The notes under the pieces are model-generated. The model was not told the origin of the DNA. It saw nothing but the letters and a program-made list of their open reading frames with translations, and did no database searches. Shown here piece after piece: positions 1-20,274 of a stretch of DNA of 64,000 bases (position 1 is its first letter; each line of letters opens with the position of its first letter). Position numbers and translations under genes: made by a program. Origin of the DNA: the human T2T-CHM13v2.0 reference genome, Homo sapiens; assembly GCF_009914755.1 (NCBI RefSeq), contig NC_060925.1; one strand, given 5' to 3'.

Positions 1-141
1 CCCAGCTAATTTTGTATTTTTAGTAGAGACAGGGTTTCTCCATGTTGTTCAGGCTGGTCTTGAACTCCCGACCTCAGGTGATTCACCCACCTCAGCCTCC
101 CAAAGTGCTAGGATTACAGACGTGAGCTACTGTGCCCAGCC
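1..141 (-). mobile_element. Alu (partial, window edge)
   Basis: Alu left-arm reverse complement. Confidence 0.9.
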
Positions 142-827
142 TAGCAGGCAGTAATTTTTAAATTGTAATTATTACAGGTAGTTACACATATAAAATTTAC
201 AGTGTATCCTCTCCTCCTACATTTTAAAATAACATTATAATAAATATTGGTAAAAAATAATTATTCAGAGGAATAATTCCTTTTTTAAAAAAATTGAAAT
301 AATTTTGGGATAGATGATACACAGATCATTATGCAAAATTCAGAAGAAACCAAAGGGGATGCAGTGAAAAGGGTGCCTTCCTTCCTGTCCTGTCTCCATC
401 CCCAAGCTCCCATGTACAACCAGCACTTTGGGGTTTCGGTGTAGTTCTCCAGAGAGATCTTATTCATTTACAAGCATCTATGTCCACATCTTCTTTTTTC
501 TCCTCCTCACACAAATGACAGAATAAAATACATAATCCACTGCACTTTGCTTCCTTTCACTTGTAAGGAAGTAATATTCTCATACATTTTGGAACATACA
601 CATCTTCCACATTTGAATTAGTTACTCTACTAAAAGGCTTTGAAATAAATCACAGAGCACAGAATTTTTGAAGTGGAAGGGGTCATTGATCCAACCTCCT
701 CATTTTACAGAGGAATCAGAAGCTTCCAGGAAATGAAATGATTTGCACACGGATAAGAAAAAATGTAATGGTAGAACCAGGACTCAATGCTTTTCTCGCC
801 ATAGAGAAAATGTGAAGAAAAAAATAC

Positions 828-922
828 CTGATGAATGTGAAGAATGCAAATTCTTAATTGGATGGACTTGTATGTCATGTAAACAACCAGAAATTCTTCT
901 GTTCTTCATCAAACTCCTACTC
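828..922 (-). CDS. KIF14: KIF14 exon 23 (95 nt)
   Basis: TTTTCAG|GAG...TCAG|GTATTT; SRSLMKNRRISGCLHDIQVHPIKNLHSSHSS; phase matches exon 22. Confidence 0.9.
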
Positions 923-1659
923 CTGAAAAAAGACAAACCATAAGATTAGCAGTTCTATACCACATGGAATAATATTATTAAGAATATTTATAAGTTCTCT
1001 AAAGAAAATGGACATTCATGTGTGTGTTTTTCATTAAAAATTTTCATCAAAGGAAAAATTCATTTGGTTAATTGAGCAAGAATTTTACTATTTACAGGCA
1101 CTGTTCTAGGCAGATAGTTAATTAAATAAGTATTGATTAAGCACTACTATTTGCAGGCTCTGGATATTGTGGTAAAATGTGGCAAACATGGTTTCTGGGC
1201 TCACTAGGCTTAAAGTCCAGAACAAAAGAGATAAATTAGGCAAATAATTACAGTAAAGTGATGAATGTGATGAAGGCATAGAGTGTTGTGGTAGATTGTA
1301 TAAAAGAACTTGACCTGGCCCAAGAAGTCAGGGGGGCCTCCTTGGAGCAGTAACCCTCAAGGATAAGTAAAACTTAGCCAAACAGAGGGCAGGCTTGGGA
1401 AGCAGGGAATAGTGTCTCAGACACAAGCAACAGGAAGACCTGATAAATGAAAGTAGTGTACATGCGAAGAACCAAACGAGGTTCAGAAGGACTGTGGCCT
1501 ATGATGTAAGAGAGAGAGTAGCAAGGGATTAAGCTGGGAGGTGCACAGGGGCCAGCTTGAGGTGGTCTTTGTATGTCAATAAAGCTTAGATTTTATCCTG
1601 AGCAAATTATCCAGGGAAGGATTTTATCTTATTTTTTTAAGTGGCCGAGTTGGGATTTA

Positions 1660-1895
1660 TTTATTTTCTTTCAACTTTGATTTTAGGTTCAAGGGGTACA
1701 TGTGCAGGTTTGTTACATGGGTAAATTTCATGCTGTGGGGGTTTGGTCTACAGATAATTTTGTCACACAGGTAACAGGCATAATACCTGATGGTATTAAA
1801 GAGTTTTTCAATCCTCACCTTCCTCCCACCCACCATCCTCAAATAGGCCCCAGTGTCTATTATTCACTTCTTTGTGTCCATGTGTACTCAATGTT
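1660..1895 (-). mobile_element. L1 3' end fragment (L1PA/PB-like)
   Basis: GGGGTACATGTGCAGGTTTGTTACATGGGTAAA, typical of the L1 3'UTR reverse complement. Confidence 0.8.
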
Positions 1896-2065
1896 TCAAG
1901 GAAAGATTTTAAACAGGGAAGTGATTTAGGTAAATAAACATTTAAGTAGGTATCTGCTACACTGTGTACAAAGCATAATACCTGTGAAGTGCAGCAGTGG
2001 TACAAATGGAAGAAATGTTTCTATCTCCAATTGCTCTTTTTGCTGACCTCTTTTTCCTCAGCCTA

Positions 2066-2287
<222 letters not shown>

Positions 2288-3212
2288 CTAAGCTGTTATT
2301 TTCTTTCTTTCTGTTTGCTTCTTAAAAATGGAGGCTACCCTTTCTGCTACTGGAGAAAGCAGCCTATCTCCATATTGCCGTTCATCTATAAATTTTCTAA
2401 ACCCAAACTCCAATTCCTATGTCAATGAAACTAACAGAGCAGTGATCTAGATCTAAATTTAGTGGATCCTTTGAAGTATTTTTCCTAACAGAACTCTCTA
2501 TTACAGTTGGCCACTCAAAGAAAAATACTATTTGTCGAAAAGATTATTAAGCCAAAGCATTCTATCACTAGTAGCCTAGATGTTTCAAATATAAAATTTC
2601 CCCCATGAACTCCTACAAGAAAAACACAGAAATAGGACTGATAAAAGGGAAAGGAAATATCAATTCTCAAATATTACAGTTCTTCTACTTAGGGGTGAAA
2701 AAAAGTATATTATTACAGCAAGTCTAAACTAGGAAAACAGTTATTCTTGCAACAATATCATAGTTAAACAACGTTTAAACCCAAGTAAAATGCTTGTCAT
2801 ATTCCTTTCAAAGAGTTTTTACTTAACCTCAGAGGGAAATTTACTTTTAATTGTCAACAGTATGTATCAAAATTTAAAGGCAGCCAAACCAGTCTATTTT
2901 ATTGCAGAACGACTGTGGCATATCATTGCCCAGTAGAAGTTCTATAATTAAGAATCTGTCAGTGTTTCCATTACCTGCAGGCATTCTCAGAGTTTGGAAT
3001 TCTGTCATAAACATTGTTACAAGGCTGAAACTTCGTATACAAGGTCTCAGACTAAGAGCAATTCATTTTTTAAAAATATGATACTTTTAAATTATAGAAG
3101 TACCCAAAAATCTCTGTGAAATGAAAATATCCAATTTCGAAATCTTAGAAAACGTTGAGATGTTTTGATTTTTGGTAACATTTTAAATTTCTGCTGATTC
3201 CCTAATTATTAA

Positions 3213-3576
<364 letters not shown>

Positions 3577-4346
3577 TTAATGCTCATTATTAATGGTCAT
3601 ATTGTGATTTACAATTCTAAATATACAAAGTTTAAATCTGTTTATAATAAAAATAATACAAAACTAGTAATCCTAAAATCCAAAGATATTCATAAATCAT
3701 TCTCTGATGAATTTATTGGTCTGGTTTAAATTTTTGGGTTACTCTAGGTTGGCTTAAATATCTCAAGCTCTATCTACCCAATTTCACCTAAGGACCATAT
3801 TTAGCTCACTTCAGTGCCAAAGGCCAACTCTGTCAAGTCCTCAAGACAAATCACTTGAAGATATTACCATCTGTTACTGGTACTGGACAGAAATCATAGC
3901 TTCTCTGTATTCTAAGATTTAATCTTATTCAATATATATTAAGCATCCAGTAATAATCAGAGCTGCCATTTATTGAATGCCCACCCACCGTAATAGGAGC
4001 TTTATATGCACTATCTCTAATCCTCGTAACAACTCTGCAACATAACCATCATCAGCCCGATGTTGTCAATCATGGTGGTCATAGTAGAAGCAGCAGGAGC
4101 AGCAGCTGCTCTGTACATAGGACCTCACTTAATCTTAATAGTAAATCCCTGTAAAGTAGGTATATATTACTGTCTTCATTTTATAGATGAGAAAATTGAA
4201 GCCTAGGGATGTAATGTCACTTGTACATGACTACACTGAGCATGGATTAGAACCCAGGATGCTGATATCAGACTTTGTGACCTTTTTGCTATGCTATATT
4301 GTAGGGGGATACAGACACGTTCCCTACACTCAAGGAGCTCATTTCT

Positions 4347-4578
<232 letters not shown>

Positions 4579-5850
4579 TAGCAATTTCTTACCATAGCTT
4601 AGAGGTTACCATGTGACCAATAAAGCAGAAATAATGGGGGAAAGTTGCTATAAAATAGTTTCATCTCTTTGAGGAAAATCATAAATGAGTTTAAAATAAG
4701 CCAAGTCAAAAACAAGGCTATAGGCCTAAAATGATTTAGAAACCTAAATGGATTTTGATCTGCAGCTGAAGGCAATGAAGTTTAAGAAAACAAAAAACAA
4801 TTAGCTTAAACAGAAGGATGCTACCCTTTCATATACAATGGAGAGGCGATACGGCATAGCAGTTAAGAAAATCAGGAGCTTTGGAGTCACCCAAACTTGG
4901 ATTTGAGTAATGGCTCTTCCTCGTAACAGCTCTGTGACTTTGGACAAGTCACTTAACCTCTCTAAATCTCAGTTTCTTCATCTGTAAAATGAGGGTAATG
5001 ACAATATCTACTTCATAGGTTTGTGGTGTGTACTAGGTAAGATAAGGCTTAGTAAGCATTTAATAAATGCTCTTAATAACAATGATGCTTCTGCTGACAG
5101 ATAAATACTATTGACCCTTACATCCTGAAAATCCCCAGCTCCATCCACCAAAGTTCTAAACCCAAATATACACCTGGATGTCCCCTGAGAATCTCAAATT
5201 CTTCATGTTCAAAATTAAACTCCTCTTAAATGCTCCATCTCAGGCAACACGACTTTCCCCTAGTCAGTCACCCAATTTAAAACCAGGAGTCATCCTTGCA
5301 CCCTTCACACCTTCAGTCCCACAACCAGTCTCTGCATCCTATTGATTCTGCATCCTGAGTATGTATAAAACTCGACTTTCCTCTTCACTGCATTTAAAAT
5401 CCTTCTGTCTAGCCTCAGTTCAGGTTTTTATCAACTGCTCCTGCCTCTACTTTCCTCAATTCCTGGTCTTTCAGGACAGAGCATACTTTGTATTCATCTT
5501 TGCTTCCTCAGGGCATAGCAGACAGTAGTCATCAAAGAAATACTTGCTTAAAAACCAAACCAAACTATGAGGCTAAATTGGCTCCAAAGCCTTTCCATAA
5601 TACCATTTTGCCTCTCTATAATCTAAGCATCTGAGGTCTAAGCAGAACTAGGTTTCCCTTGAAAAGCATCTATTATTCACTATGGAGGTCTTTTATGTTT
5701 TGAGTTAACAAGCAACATTTGTCATATATAGAAGTTGTCTATCACTATGATTTATTATTTTGTGGAGTTCATACTAGCTTTACTGCATTTAAAATTCTGT
5801 AACTTACAAGAAAATATCATAGAATATGTCAAGTTCTTGAGAAAGGGTAA

Positions 5851-6170
5851 TTTTTTTTTTTTTTTTTTTTTTTTTGAGACGGAATCTCGCTCTGTCGCCC
5901 AGGCTGGAGTGCAGCGGCTGGAGTGCAGTGGAGCGATCTCAGCTCACTGCAAGTTTCGCCTCCCAGGTTCATGCCATTCTCCTGCCTAAGCCTCCCGAGT
6001 AGCTGGGAGTACAAGTGCCTGCTCCCACACCGGGCTAATTTTTTGTATTTTTGGTAGAGACGGGGTTTCACCGTGTTAGCCAGGATGGTCTCGATCTCCT
6101 GACCTCGTGATCCACCCACCTCGGCCTCCCAAAGTGCTGGGATTACAGGCATGAGCCACCACACCTGGCC
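5851..6170 (-). mobile_element. AluY-like
   Basis: Full length, with a short internal GGCTGGAGTGCAG duplication. Confidence 0.9.
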
Positions 6171-6437
6171 AGAGAAAATAATTTAAAAGTAATAAATACT
6201 GTTCATTTTTACGGAAAATTTAATTTATGCTACTCTAAGTTGCTCTTAAGACTTATATGATGGAACACTGAAAAACTGGTTTCTCTTCTAACTGACTAAT
6301 AAACAATTTAATGCCCTAAGTGCTGTAATTTGACCAATAACATATTATTCCTCTTACAGTTCTGGGTTTCCTGTCCAGACATCTATCATGACAACGGTTC
6401 TTTTAAAATAGGAAATAATATATATGATATACAATTT

Positions 6438-6470
6438 ACACACACACACACACACACACATGCACACACA
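6438..6470. repeat. (CA)n microsatellite, (UG)n in KIF14 pre-mRNA
   Basis: About (CA)11 TG (CA)4. Confidence 0.95.
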
Positions 6471-6505
6471 AAGTGCAAGAAAACTAGTAACAAAATTGTC
6501 TTTAC

Positions 6506-6606
6506 CTCCTTCTAGAAAGTGAAGAAACTGGTGCATCTGTAATGTCGGGTTCCCATTCATCTTCAGGATCACAAAAGGCATCTTCACCCCTGTTACTACC
6601 ATTACT
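6506..6606 (-). CDS. KIF14: KIF14 exon 22 (101 nt)
   Basis: TTCTTAG|AGT...GAG|GTAAAG; SNGSNRGEDAFCDPEDEWEPDI. Confidence 0.92.
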
Positions 6607-7111
6607 CTAAGAAAAATATAATATATAGTTTCAGTAAATTTGGGGTGAAAAAATGTTTAGCAACTAAGAAAAAAAAGATTAAATCCTTTGTTACATTTAA
6701 ACCATAAAATTAGCAGATTATATATTATCTGATAAGTCTAAAAAATCATTCCTGATCAAATTAAAAGTCAATCACACGATGACAGGGATGATATTAAAAG
6801 ACATCTACTTTTAATAAAAACAATAGAAATCATTAAATAATTCAGGAATAATAAATGAGATTTATAATAATAGTAAAAACATAAACAATAAAATCCTCAG
6901 GAGAGACATAAAAGAATAATCTGACAAAGTTAAGATGTAGTCACTTCCTGGTCGAATATATTGATCAGGATTATAGTCTATATTTTACATATTTAACGTA
7001 ATAACAATTACAGTTCTAGCAAAATGCTACATAGAACTTGATTCAGAGATAGTACAATTATACAGAAAAATAAGTTAAAAACTGCAATGAATGGTTAAAA
7101 GTAGGAGGTAA

Positions 7112-7446
<335 letters not shown>

Positions 7447-7729
7447 CTAGGTTTTAAAGTATATATCAAGGCAAGAATAATCAAATGACCTCCATACTAC
7501 TTTTGTTGTTCTAAAAATACAAGCAATTCATATTAATTGTAGAAAATTTGGAAATTATTAATACATATAAACACAAACAAAAAAGTTAAAACCACTCATA
7601 AACCCATCATTTTCACATAAACATTGTCAATGCTTTGGTATGATTGCTTTCAGCCTTTTTGGATTTTCTATTATGAATATACTTCACGTTTATGACATAA
7701 ACCCTACTTCTTCATGGTGTAAGAATTCT

Positions 7730-8700
<971 letters not shown>

Positions 8701-9716
8701 TTAATCAGTTATTCTAGCATAAGATAAACTGTGACACTTTCTATGTATTGCTATGTTCTAGAATAGTTTAAACAGAATAAGATTTATCTGTTCTTTGGCA
8801 GTTTAAAAGAGCTTACCCATAAGAATGTCTGAGATTAGCACCTTCTTTTCCTACACTTTGTTGTTTTTTTTTTTTCGAGGCCAGTTTGTTGATGAACGTT
8901 TCAAATTATTGCATGGTTATTCACCTATGAAGTCAACTTTCATAATTTATCTTTTTCTAAAAAGTCTTTTATTTGTAGGAAATTGTTAAATTTATTAGCA
9001 TAAAGTTTTATAGGTAACATACTTTTTAAATGTTCTCTTTATGTTTACTTAAATGCCACTTCTCATTTCTAAAATCACATTTATCCTTTCAAAGAACAAG
9101 AGCTTATATTTATTAATTTCTAATTCATTATTGCTTTTATCTCATAATGATTCCTTTCATTGCTTTCCTTTGTTTTATTTTGTTTTTATTTTCATTTTTC
9201 CATTAAACAATTCAAGTGTTAGGCTACAATTTGGCAGCATCCTCTAAGTTTTTCCATATGATACCTTCATTACTACAATGATCTAAGTAGTATATAGTTC
9301 CATATGGAGTCAAATTATTTAAAGGTAGTATATTTTACAAATAGTAGCAATGCAACAATACATGTTGCAACTATTTTAGGGATAATTTATGGATAATTAG
9401 ATAATATGAACTTTAAACTTTAAATTCATACCTCTCACAAAACACCATAATAAATTCTATGTGATTCAAAGATGTGAACTTTTTTTTTTTTAATTAAAAG
9501 AAAATGCAGGGGTTGTACAATGTTTAAGTAAGATCTCTGGAATAATAGATGGATTCAAATTTGCCAAATTAAAAATGCCTGTATAACAAAATGAAACCAA
9601 CAAAAAGATGATATAATCAGGAAAAAAGGTATATGATAAATATAAAGGCTTATCAAAATATGTAAATAACTTTTATAGCTATATTAATTTCCTACATTTC
9701 ATTTAACAAAAAATTC

Positions 9717-10675
<959 letters not shown>

Positions 10676-11161
10676 TTAAAAACTAATATGTGCAGAGATT
10701 TTTCAGTTGTGACTATAACAGGCAGCAGGCAGTTGGAAGCACTCAAAGCACAGCAACGGAGAAATGTAAATATGCAAAAAGGTACATTAGGCATAGGAAG
10801 ATCATTTCAAATGATGTAATATGATTTATGTCTATCAAATTTCTTCTTTCCTTAAGCTTAAATGTAAAAATTTTAAAAATATACAATTATGACAATAGAT
10901 TCCACCCTTAAATTTCTCTATTATACCTATAACTGTATTAAAACAATCCAATAAAACTCCATTTAAATGTAAAAATAAATATATATAATTGTTAATACTG
11001 GTTGGTTTAGGTAATTGATAGATTGCCTTTTATTTTCCAAATTTTCTATATGGAGAATATGTCACTTTTATATATATACTTTTTTCACCAAAAGCAGGTA
11101 CTTGAACTTTTATACTTTTTTATTTTAAAAAATTTATAGAGATTTTAATAATATTCCAAAC

Positions 11162-11291
11162 CTCATAAAGTTCTTTCATTGCTGCAAGTTTAGATTCAAA
11201 CTTTTCCAGACTCCAGAATGTTGAGATTCCTAGTTTCAGGTTACGAACCCGAATAGAAGTGTCAGAACTACTTTTATCTGATATATCATGT
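11162..11291 (-). CDS. KIF14: KIF14 exon 21 (130 nt)
   Basis: TTTCAG|ACA...GAG|GTTTGG; STFWSLEKFESKLAAMKELYE. Confidence 0.93.
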
Positions 11292-11737
11292 CTGAAAGAA
11301 AAATAAACAAAAAAAAGCTTATCCTGAAACATACACATCCATTTATACTAAGAGTTTTCTGGGGTAGAACAATTTCCCTAAAAATTCCATCCACTGATTA
11401 AGTCTTTCCACAGTTAAGTATTTTTATTATAGTAATAATCATATAAGTATAAAACATATAAAAATAACAAAAATTTTTTAAAATCAAAAATTTCTAATAA
11501 GGTATGTTCCTTTTGAACAATGAAATACTGATACATTTTCAACTCAAAAGAAAATTAGCAAATTCCTAAAACAACTAAAATTATTTTATTTATAAATATA
11601 CTAGTATGTTAATTGTTGAAATCTCTCTTAATCCAGAATGACCTCTGAAAGGATAAAGTCTCACTGGGGATTCTGGGGATTCTGATACCAGCTCTTTCCT
11701 ATAGCTGTAGAATGGACTTTAGAGAAACTAAATGATA

Positions 11738-12075
<338 letters not shown>

Positions 12076-12111
12076 TTAAAACATTTAAAATCAGGATAAT
12101 TAATTACTCAC

Positions 12112-12205
12112 CTGCCAAAAACATAGTATGTTTTCAATTTGCTGCTGATAGCATTGGCTTCCTGAATCATCATTGAGAGTTTCATAGAGCTCCAAGTTGT
12201 CTGCA
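12112..12205 (-). CDS. KIF14: KIF14 exon 20 (94 nt)
   Basis: GTATTAG|TGC...GCAG|GTGAGT; MKLSMMIQEANAISSKLK. Confidence 0.93.
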
Positions 12206-12672
12206 CTAATACAAAGCACACAGAAAAGATTCAAAATACATACATGGACACTAACATATACCATTAGGCAAAACAATTCCTAAAAAAAAAATCACTGATT
12301 TTAAATGAATGGTTTTAACTCTATATTGCAGAAGGATAAGTGATATTTGAGTAATTTGGTGAAATAAAACATTTTTCCTATAAAATGAGGTTTTTGCCTG
12401 TGGGAAGATGTAAGAAAATGGAAGTTGATATAAAAAAGATAAGCCAAAGACAATGCTTTACTTTCTAATATCTAGAAAAAAATTTTTTTTCTAATGTCTT
12501 TTTTCTTTCTTCCTCATTTCTAAATTATTTCAAGTATTGAGTATTCTATAGTCTTACTTATGTAGAAACATGTCCTTTTGTATTTTGCCTAAAAATTTTA
12601 AAAAATGTATATATATATGTCAGGACATTAAAATAAAAAAGGAAAATAATTTAGTACACAATTTCACTTTCC

Positions 12673-13785
<1,113 letters not shown>

Positions 13786-14568
13786 AGTATTAATATTTTA
13801 AAAGTTATTTTAAAGAAGTTACAGAAAGTACACAACATACCTACCAAGTATTCTTGCTAAAAAACTGAACCTGAATTTGATAGGCCTGAAGATCTAACTA
13901 CCACTTTCTAGGGAATACTGGAACAGAGGAGCCTGTTAAGTAACACCAGGCAGACACAATCAGCAAAATCCAGAATCCAAAAAAACTCTACAGGACAAAT
14001 CATCTGATTTCTTCAGCAAATTACTAGATGAAAGAGAAGAGTGAATTTACAGATTAAAAGAGACTTAAAAGGCACATCTACCAAACGCAATGTGTAGATG
14101 ATGTTGGTATCCTGATTCAAACAAATCAAGTTTTTTTTTTAAAAAAAGGATGAAACAATCCAGGAAATATGAATATGGAGTAAATATGTGATGTGTAAGA
14201 AATTATTATTAATATAGTTATGGCAATGCTTAAAAGAGTGACAGAGAAAGAGAGAGAGGGAGAGCAAAAAGAGAGTCCTTATCTAATTTAGAGATACACA
14301 GTGAAGTGTGTACACCTTAAATGATATGGTGTCTGGGATTTGCTTCAAACTAGTCCAGGGAAGCAGTGAGCTTGAGGATAGCGGCAACAAGATTGAACAT
14401 GTGTTGATAATCATTGAAGTTGGATAAATATATAAAGGCTTACTGCAGCAATCTCTACTTTTATAGTTTGTTTAAAATTTTCCATAATAAAAAAGTTTAT
14501 ATTAAAAATATGCTGTGTTTTACATAGAAATGTACCAAAAAAAGTGCAATCAAAAGTCTCCCAGGACT

Positions 14569-16310
<1,742 letters not shown>

Positions 16311-16454
16311 CTTAAGAAAAAAATGTCTAAGTGAAAAAGAAAACAACGTAATCCATGACTAAGCACAACTATTAACAGATATAAAACAAAGATTAAGAAT
16401 TAGAATAAGATATATTTTTTAAAAACATGCTGCACATTGAAATTTGGCTTACTA

Positions 16455-16815
16455 TTTGCTCAGTTGCAGTACTATTAACAAATTGCCAGACTGGGTGGCT
16501 TATAAACAACAGCAATTTATTGCTCACAGTTCAGGAGGCTGGAACTCTGAGATCAGGGTTCCAGCGTCGGTCAGGTTCTGGTGAGGGCCCTGTTCTGGGT
16601 TGCAGACTACCATCTTCATGCTATGTCCTCACTTGGTGGAAGAGGTGAGGGGACTCTCTGCAATTTCTTTCACAGGGGCACTAATTCTATCTATGAGGGC
16701 TCTACCCTCATGACTTACTCACCTGCCAAAGACCTCCACTTCCTAACACTGCTGCCTTGGAGGTTATGAATTCAATATATTAATTTTGGGGGAACACAAA
16801 CATTCAGTCTAAAGC
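16455..16815. mobile_element. MaLR LTR (MLT1-like)
   Basis: AGACTGGGTGGCTTATAAACAACAG...ATTTATTGCTCACAGTTC.GGAGGCTGG motif. Confidence 0.75.
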
Positions 16816-17013
16816 ATTGATATAATAAATATTCTAAAAGCTGAATATTCAAAAACAACCATTCATACAAATTTATTTAGATCCAGAAAAGTCAACAACT
16901 AGAATAAAGTATTTTGAATATGTAAAGGCAACTAATGCTAATATTTTAGTAATTATATTACATATAACATGCATAATTTTAGAAAATGTTTGCTAAAATC
17001 AGCACACACTTAC

Positions 17014-17140
17014 CTGTAAAAGTTTTATCCCTATTATTCCGATTCTGCTGTAGAATTTGTACTTCTTTAGCAATTTTTTGCTTTTCAGTTTCTAAAGCTT
17101 CCAGAATTCTTGCATGGCGGATGCTATGGTCTTCTAAAGC
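17014..17140 (-). CDS. KIF14: KIF14 exon 19 (127 nt)
   Basis: AATTAG|GCT...ACAG|GTAAGT; ALEDHSIRHARILEALETEKQKI. Confidence 0.93.
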
Positions 17141-17554
17141 CTAATTGATATTCATTCATACAGACCCACATGTGAGAATATGCAAAGAGAGAAACTATAA
17201 CACCACATTGAGATGATGGATATGTTAATTTGCTTCACTACAGTAACCATTTTACAATTTATATACTCCATAACATTGTATAACTTAAATATACACAATA
17301 AAACCTATTTTAAAAAAACAGATTGATAATGATAACACACTACAGTAAACCTCATTTTACAGTACGTTTTATTAAGCCTATATAGTTAACATGTTTTATG
17401 TGCTGTATTAAACATGAAAAGCTTTTAAAAATGATTTATAAAATTTCCTTACAAAATAATTTTTCCCCACAACAATATTATTAGGAATTTTTGATGACAT
17501 AAATTAATCTTTTTTCTTCCCATTGATAGAAGTTAAAAAAAAAACTAGAAAAAA

Positions 17555-18260
17555 AGAGGAAAAGAAGTCATTGTATCAAAAAGACTCCTGCATGTGTATG
17601 CTTATCACAGCACAATTCACAATTGCAAAGATATGGAATCAACCTAAGTGTCCATCAACCAATGAATGGATAAAGAAAATATGGTGTATATATATATACA
17701 TACATATATATATATATATATACACCATGAAATACTACCCAGCAATAAAAAAGAAAATATCTTTTGCAGCAACTTGAATGGAACTGGAGGCAATAATTCT
17801 AAGTGAAGTAACTCAGGAATTGAAAACCAAATATCAGCATGGTCTCACTTATAAGTGACAGCTAAGCTATGGGTATGCAAAAGCATATAGAGTGGTATAA
17901 TGCAGCGGTCCCCAACCTTTTGGCACCAGGGACTGGTTTCGTGGAAGACAATTTTTCCACGGACAGGGGCTCAGGGGTTGGTTTCAGGATGAAACGGTTC
18001 CACCTCAGATCATCAGATATTAGATTCTCATAAGGAGCGTGCAACCTAAATTGTGAACTGTGTGCACTCCTGGTACAATGGACATTGAAGACTCAGGGAG
18101 AGTGGGAGAGGGCAAGAAATGAAAAACTACCTATTGGGTACAATGTAAGCTACTCAGGTGACAGGTGCACTAAATCCTAGACTTCACCACTATATAATTC
18201 ATCCACGAAACCAAAAGCAATTTGTACTTCTAAAGCTATTGAAATAAAAATAAATTAAAA
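17555..18260 (+). mobile_element. L1 3' region interrupted by a MER1-like DNA transposon (about 17902-18060)
   Basis: ATGGAATCAACCTAAGTGTCCATCAACCAATGAATGGATAAAG (L1); CAGCGGTCCCCAACCTTTTGGCACCAGGGAC (MER1 end). Confidence 0.8.
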
Positions 18261-19064
18261 ATAAGAAAACCCCAAAAAGGCAGAAAAAAAAGAAGAAAAA
18301 AGAACAAACTGTTAAAAAAAAAAAGGCCATATCCAAGAACACTTGTTGACTAAATAAAGAAGTTAAATTTAAAAGATACAAGAAATCTAGTTTAGTACAA
18401 ATAAGCATTATAAGCCCAGTAATAATAATTGTTTTGGGGCCGGGTGCGGTGGCTCATGCCTATAATCCCAGCACTTTGGGAGGCCAAGGCGGGAGAATCA
18501 TGAGGTCAAGAGTTCAAGACCAGCTTGGCCAACATGGTGAAACCCCGTCTCTACTAAAAATACAAAAAAAATTAGCCGGGCGTAGTGGCAGACACCTGTA
18601 ATCCCAGCTACTCGGGAGGCTGAGGCAGCAGAATCTCTGGAAGGCGGAGGTTGCAGTGAGCCCAGATCACGCCACTGCACTCCAGCCTGGGCAACAAGAA
18701 TGAAACTCCGTCTCAAAATAAAACAAAACCAAAAATGGTAACAATCATAATTGTTTTTCAAGATTTAAACAGTTCTATGTTTTTCTCCTAAAACTCTCTG
18801 AGGTGGTTCACTAGCCACTTTGTGTCCAGGAGTTGACTAGTAGATGTATAATAACTGTATTATGGTACCAATACTTTGCAATTACTAGGAGTATTTTATT
18901 CCACCCCCAACTCCCACCCTGGTTTCCCTGACCCCACAAACTTGGAAAAAAGAGAAATAAAATTGCCATTTGAGAGAGTAAAACCTTAAGATTAAGATAT
19001 AAGGAATCAAAACAGTGGCTTGCAAACTTTAGTGTTCATCAGAACATCCCACAGGGCTTCTTAA

Positions 19065-19424
<360 letters not shown>

Positions 19425-20121
19425 TAAGCCACCATGCCCGGCCTAAATATTTGCATTTCTAACATGTTCCCAAGGTGATGTTGATGTTGCTGGTCTAGGG
19501 ACCACCCTTCAAGAACCGCTAATAGAAAGAATGGCCCAAAATATTGACAGTAAGGTGCTTGAAGGTATTAACATTCTGGTTTTATCCCTTAGGCTTGTGA
19601 AATTGATTAGTTGAGGTGGCCCATGAAAGATGCCTCTATCCTCAATGACATGATAAAAGCAGGCAGGTGCCTGAGCTCATAAGACTGAGGTAATGAATGC
19701 CCTACTGTGAGTTCTGGAAACAGGATGCTTGCTGCTCTCTCCACAGGCAGATGTTTCATTGTGACATCAGGATGTGACCCAGTGTAAGAGCTGTGCCTTT
19801 TTTCCTTCCTCATATGTGACCTAGTGCTATTTCACTTATTTAAATTACTTGGCATGACTGATGACCAGATAGTTGTAGATGCATAAAAAGAGAACACTGG
19901 AGTGGAACTAGATGGAAATAACTCTGTCACTTTCAAAATCTCTGTGTGATCTGTGAGCAGTACCAGGATATAAGCTTTCAGGCAAGAAGTACTTTTCTCA
20001 TCTACACATCTACAAACCTGGATTTGGCTCTCTTCTGTCAACATACCATAAGCCACTTCTTTGAAAAAAAAAATCCAGCTTTTTCTCAGAATAGAGTTAA
20101 CTGGTTACACAATAAAATTAC

Positions 20122-20274
20122 CTGTTTTGTAGCCAATGTCTCCATTTCTAATCGCTTTTTGTTGACATATATTTCCTGTTCAAGATGCTGCTTTGCCTTT
20201 TCTAATTCCTCAATTTTGTGATTAGCCTTCTGGTTATTTATTTCCTGCATTTTTTTCCTTTGAGACTCTTCTCT
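20122..20274 (-). CDS. KIF14: KIF14 exon 18 (153 nt; coiled coil)
   Basis: CTTTAAAG|AGA...CAG|GTAATT; REESQRKKMQEINNQKANHKIEELEKAK. Confidence 0.93.
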
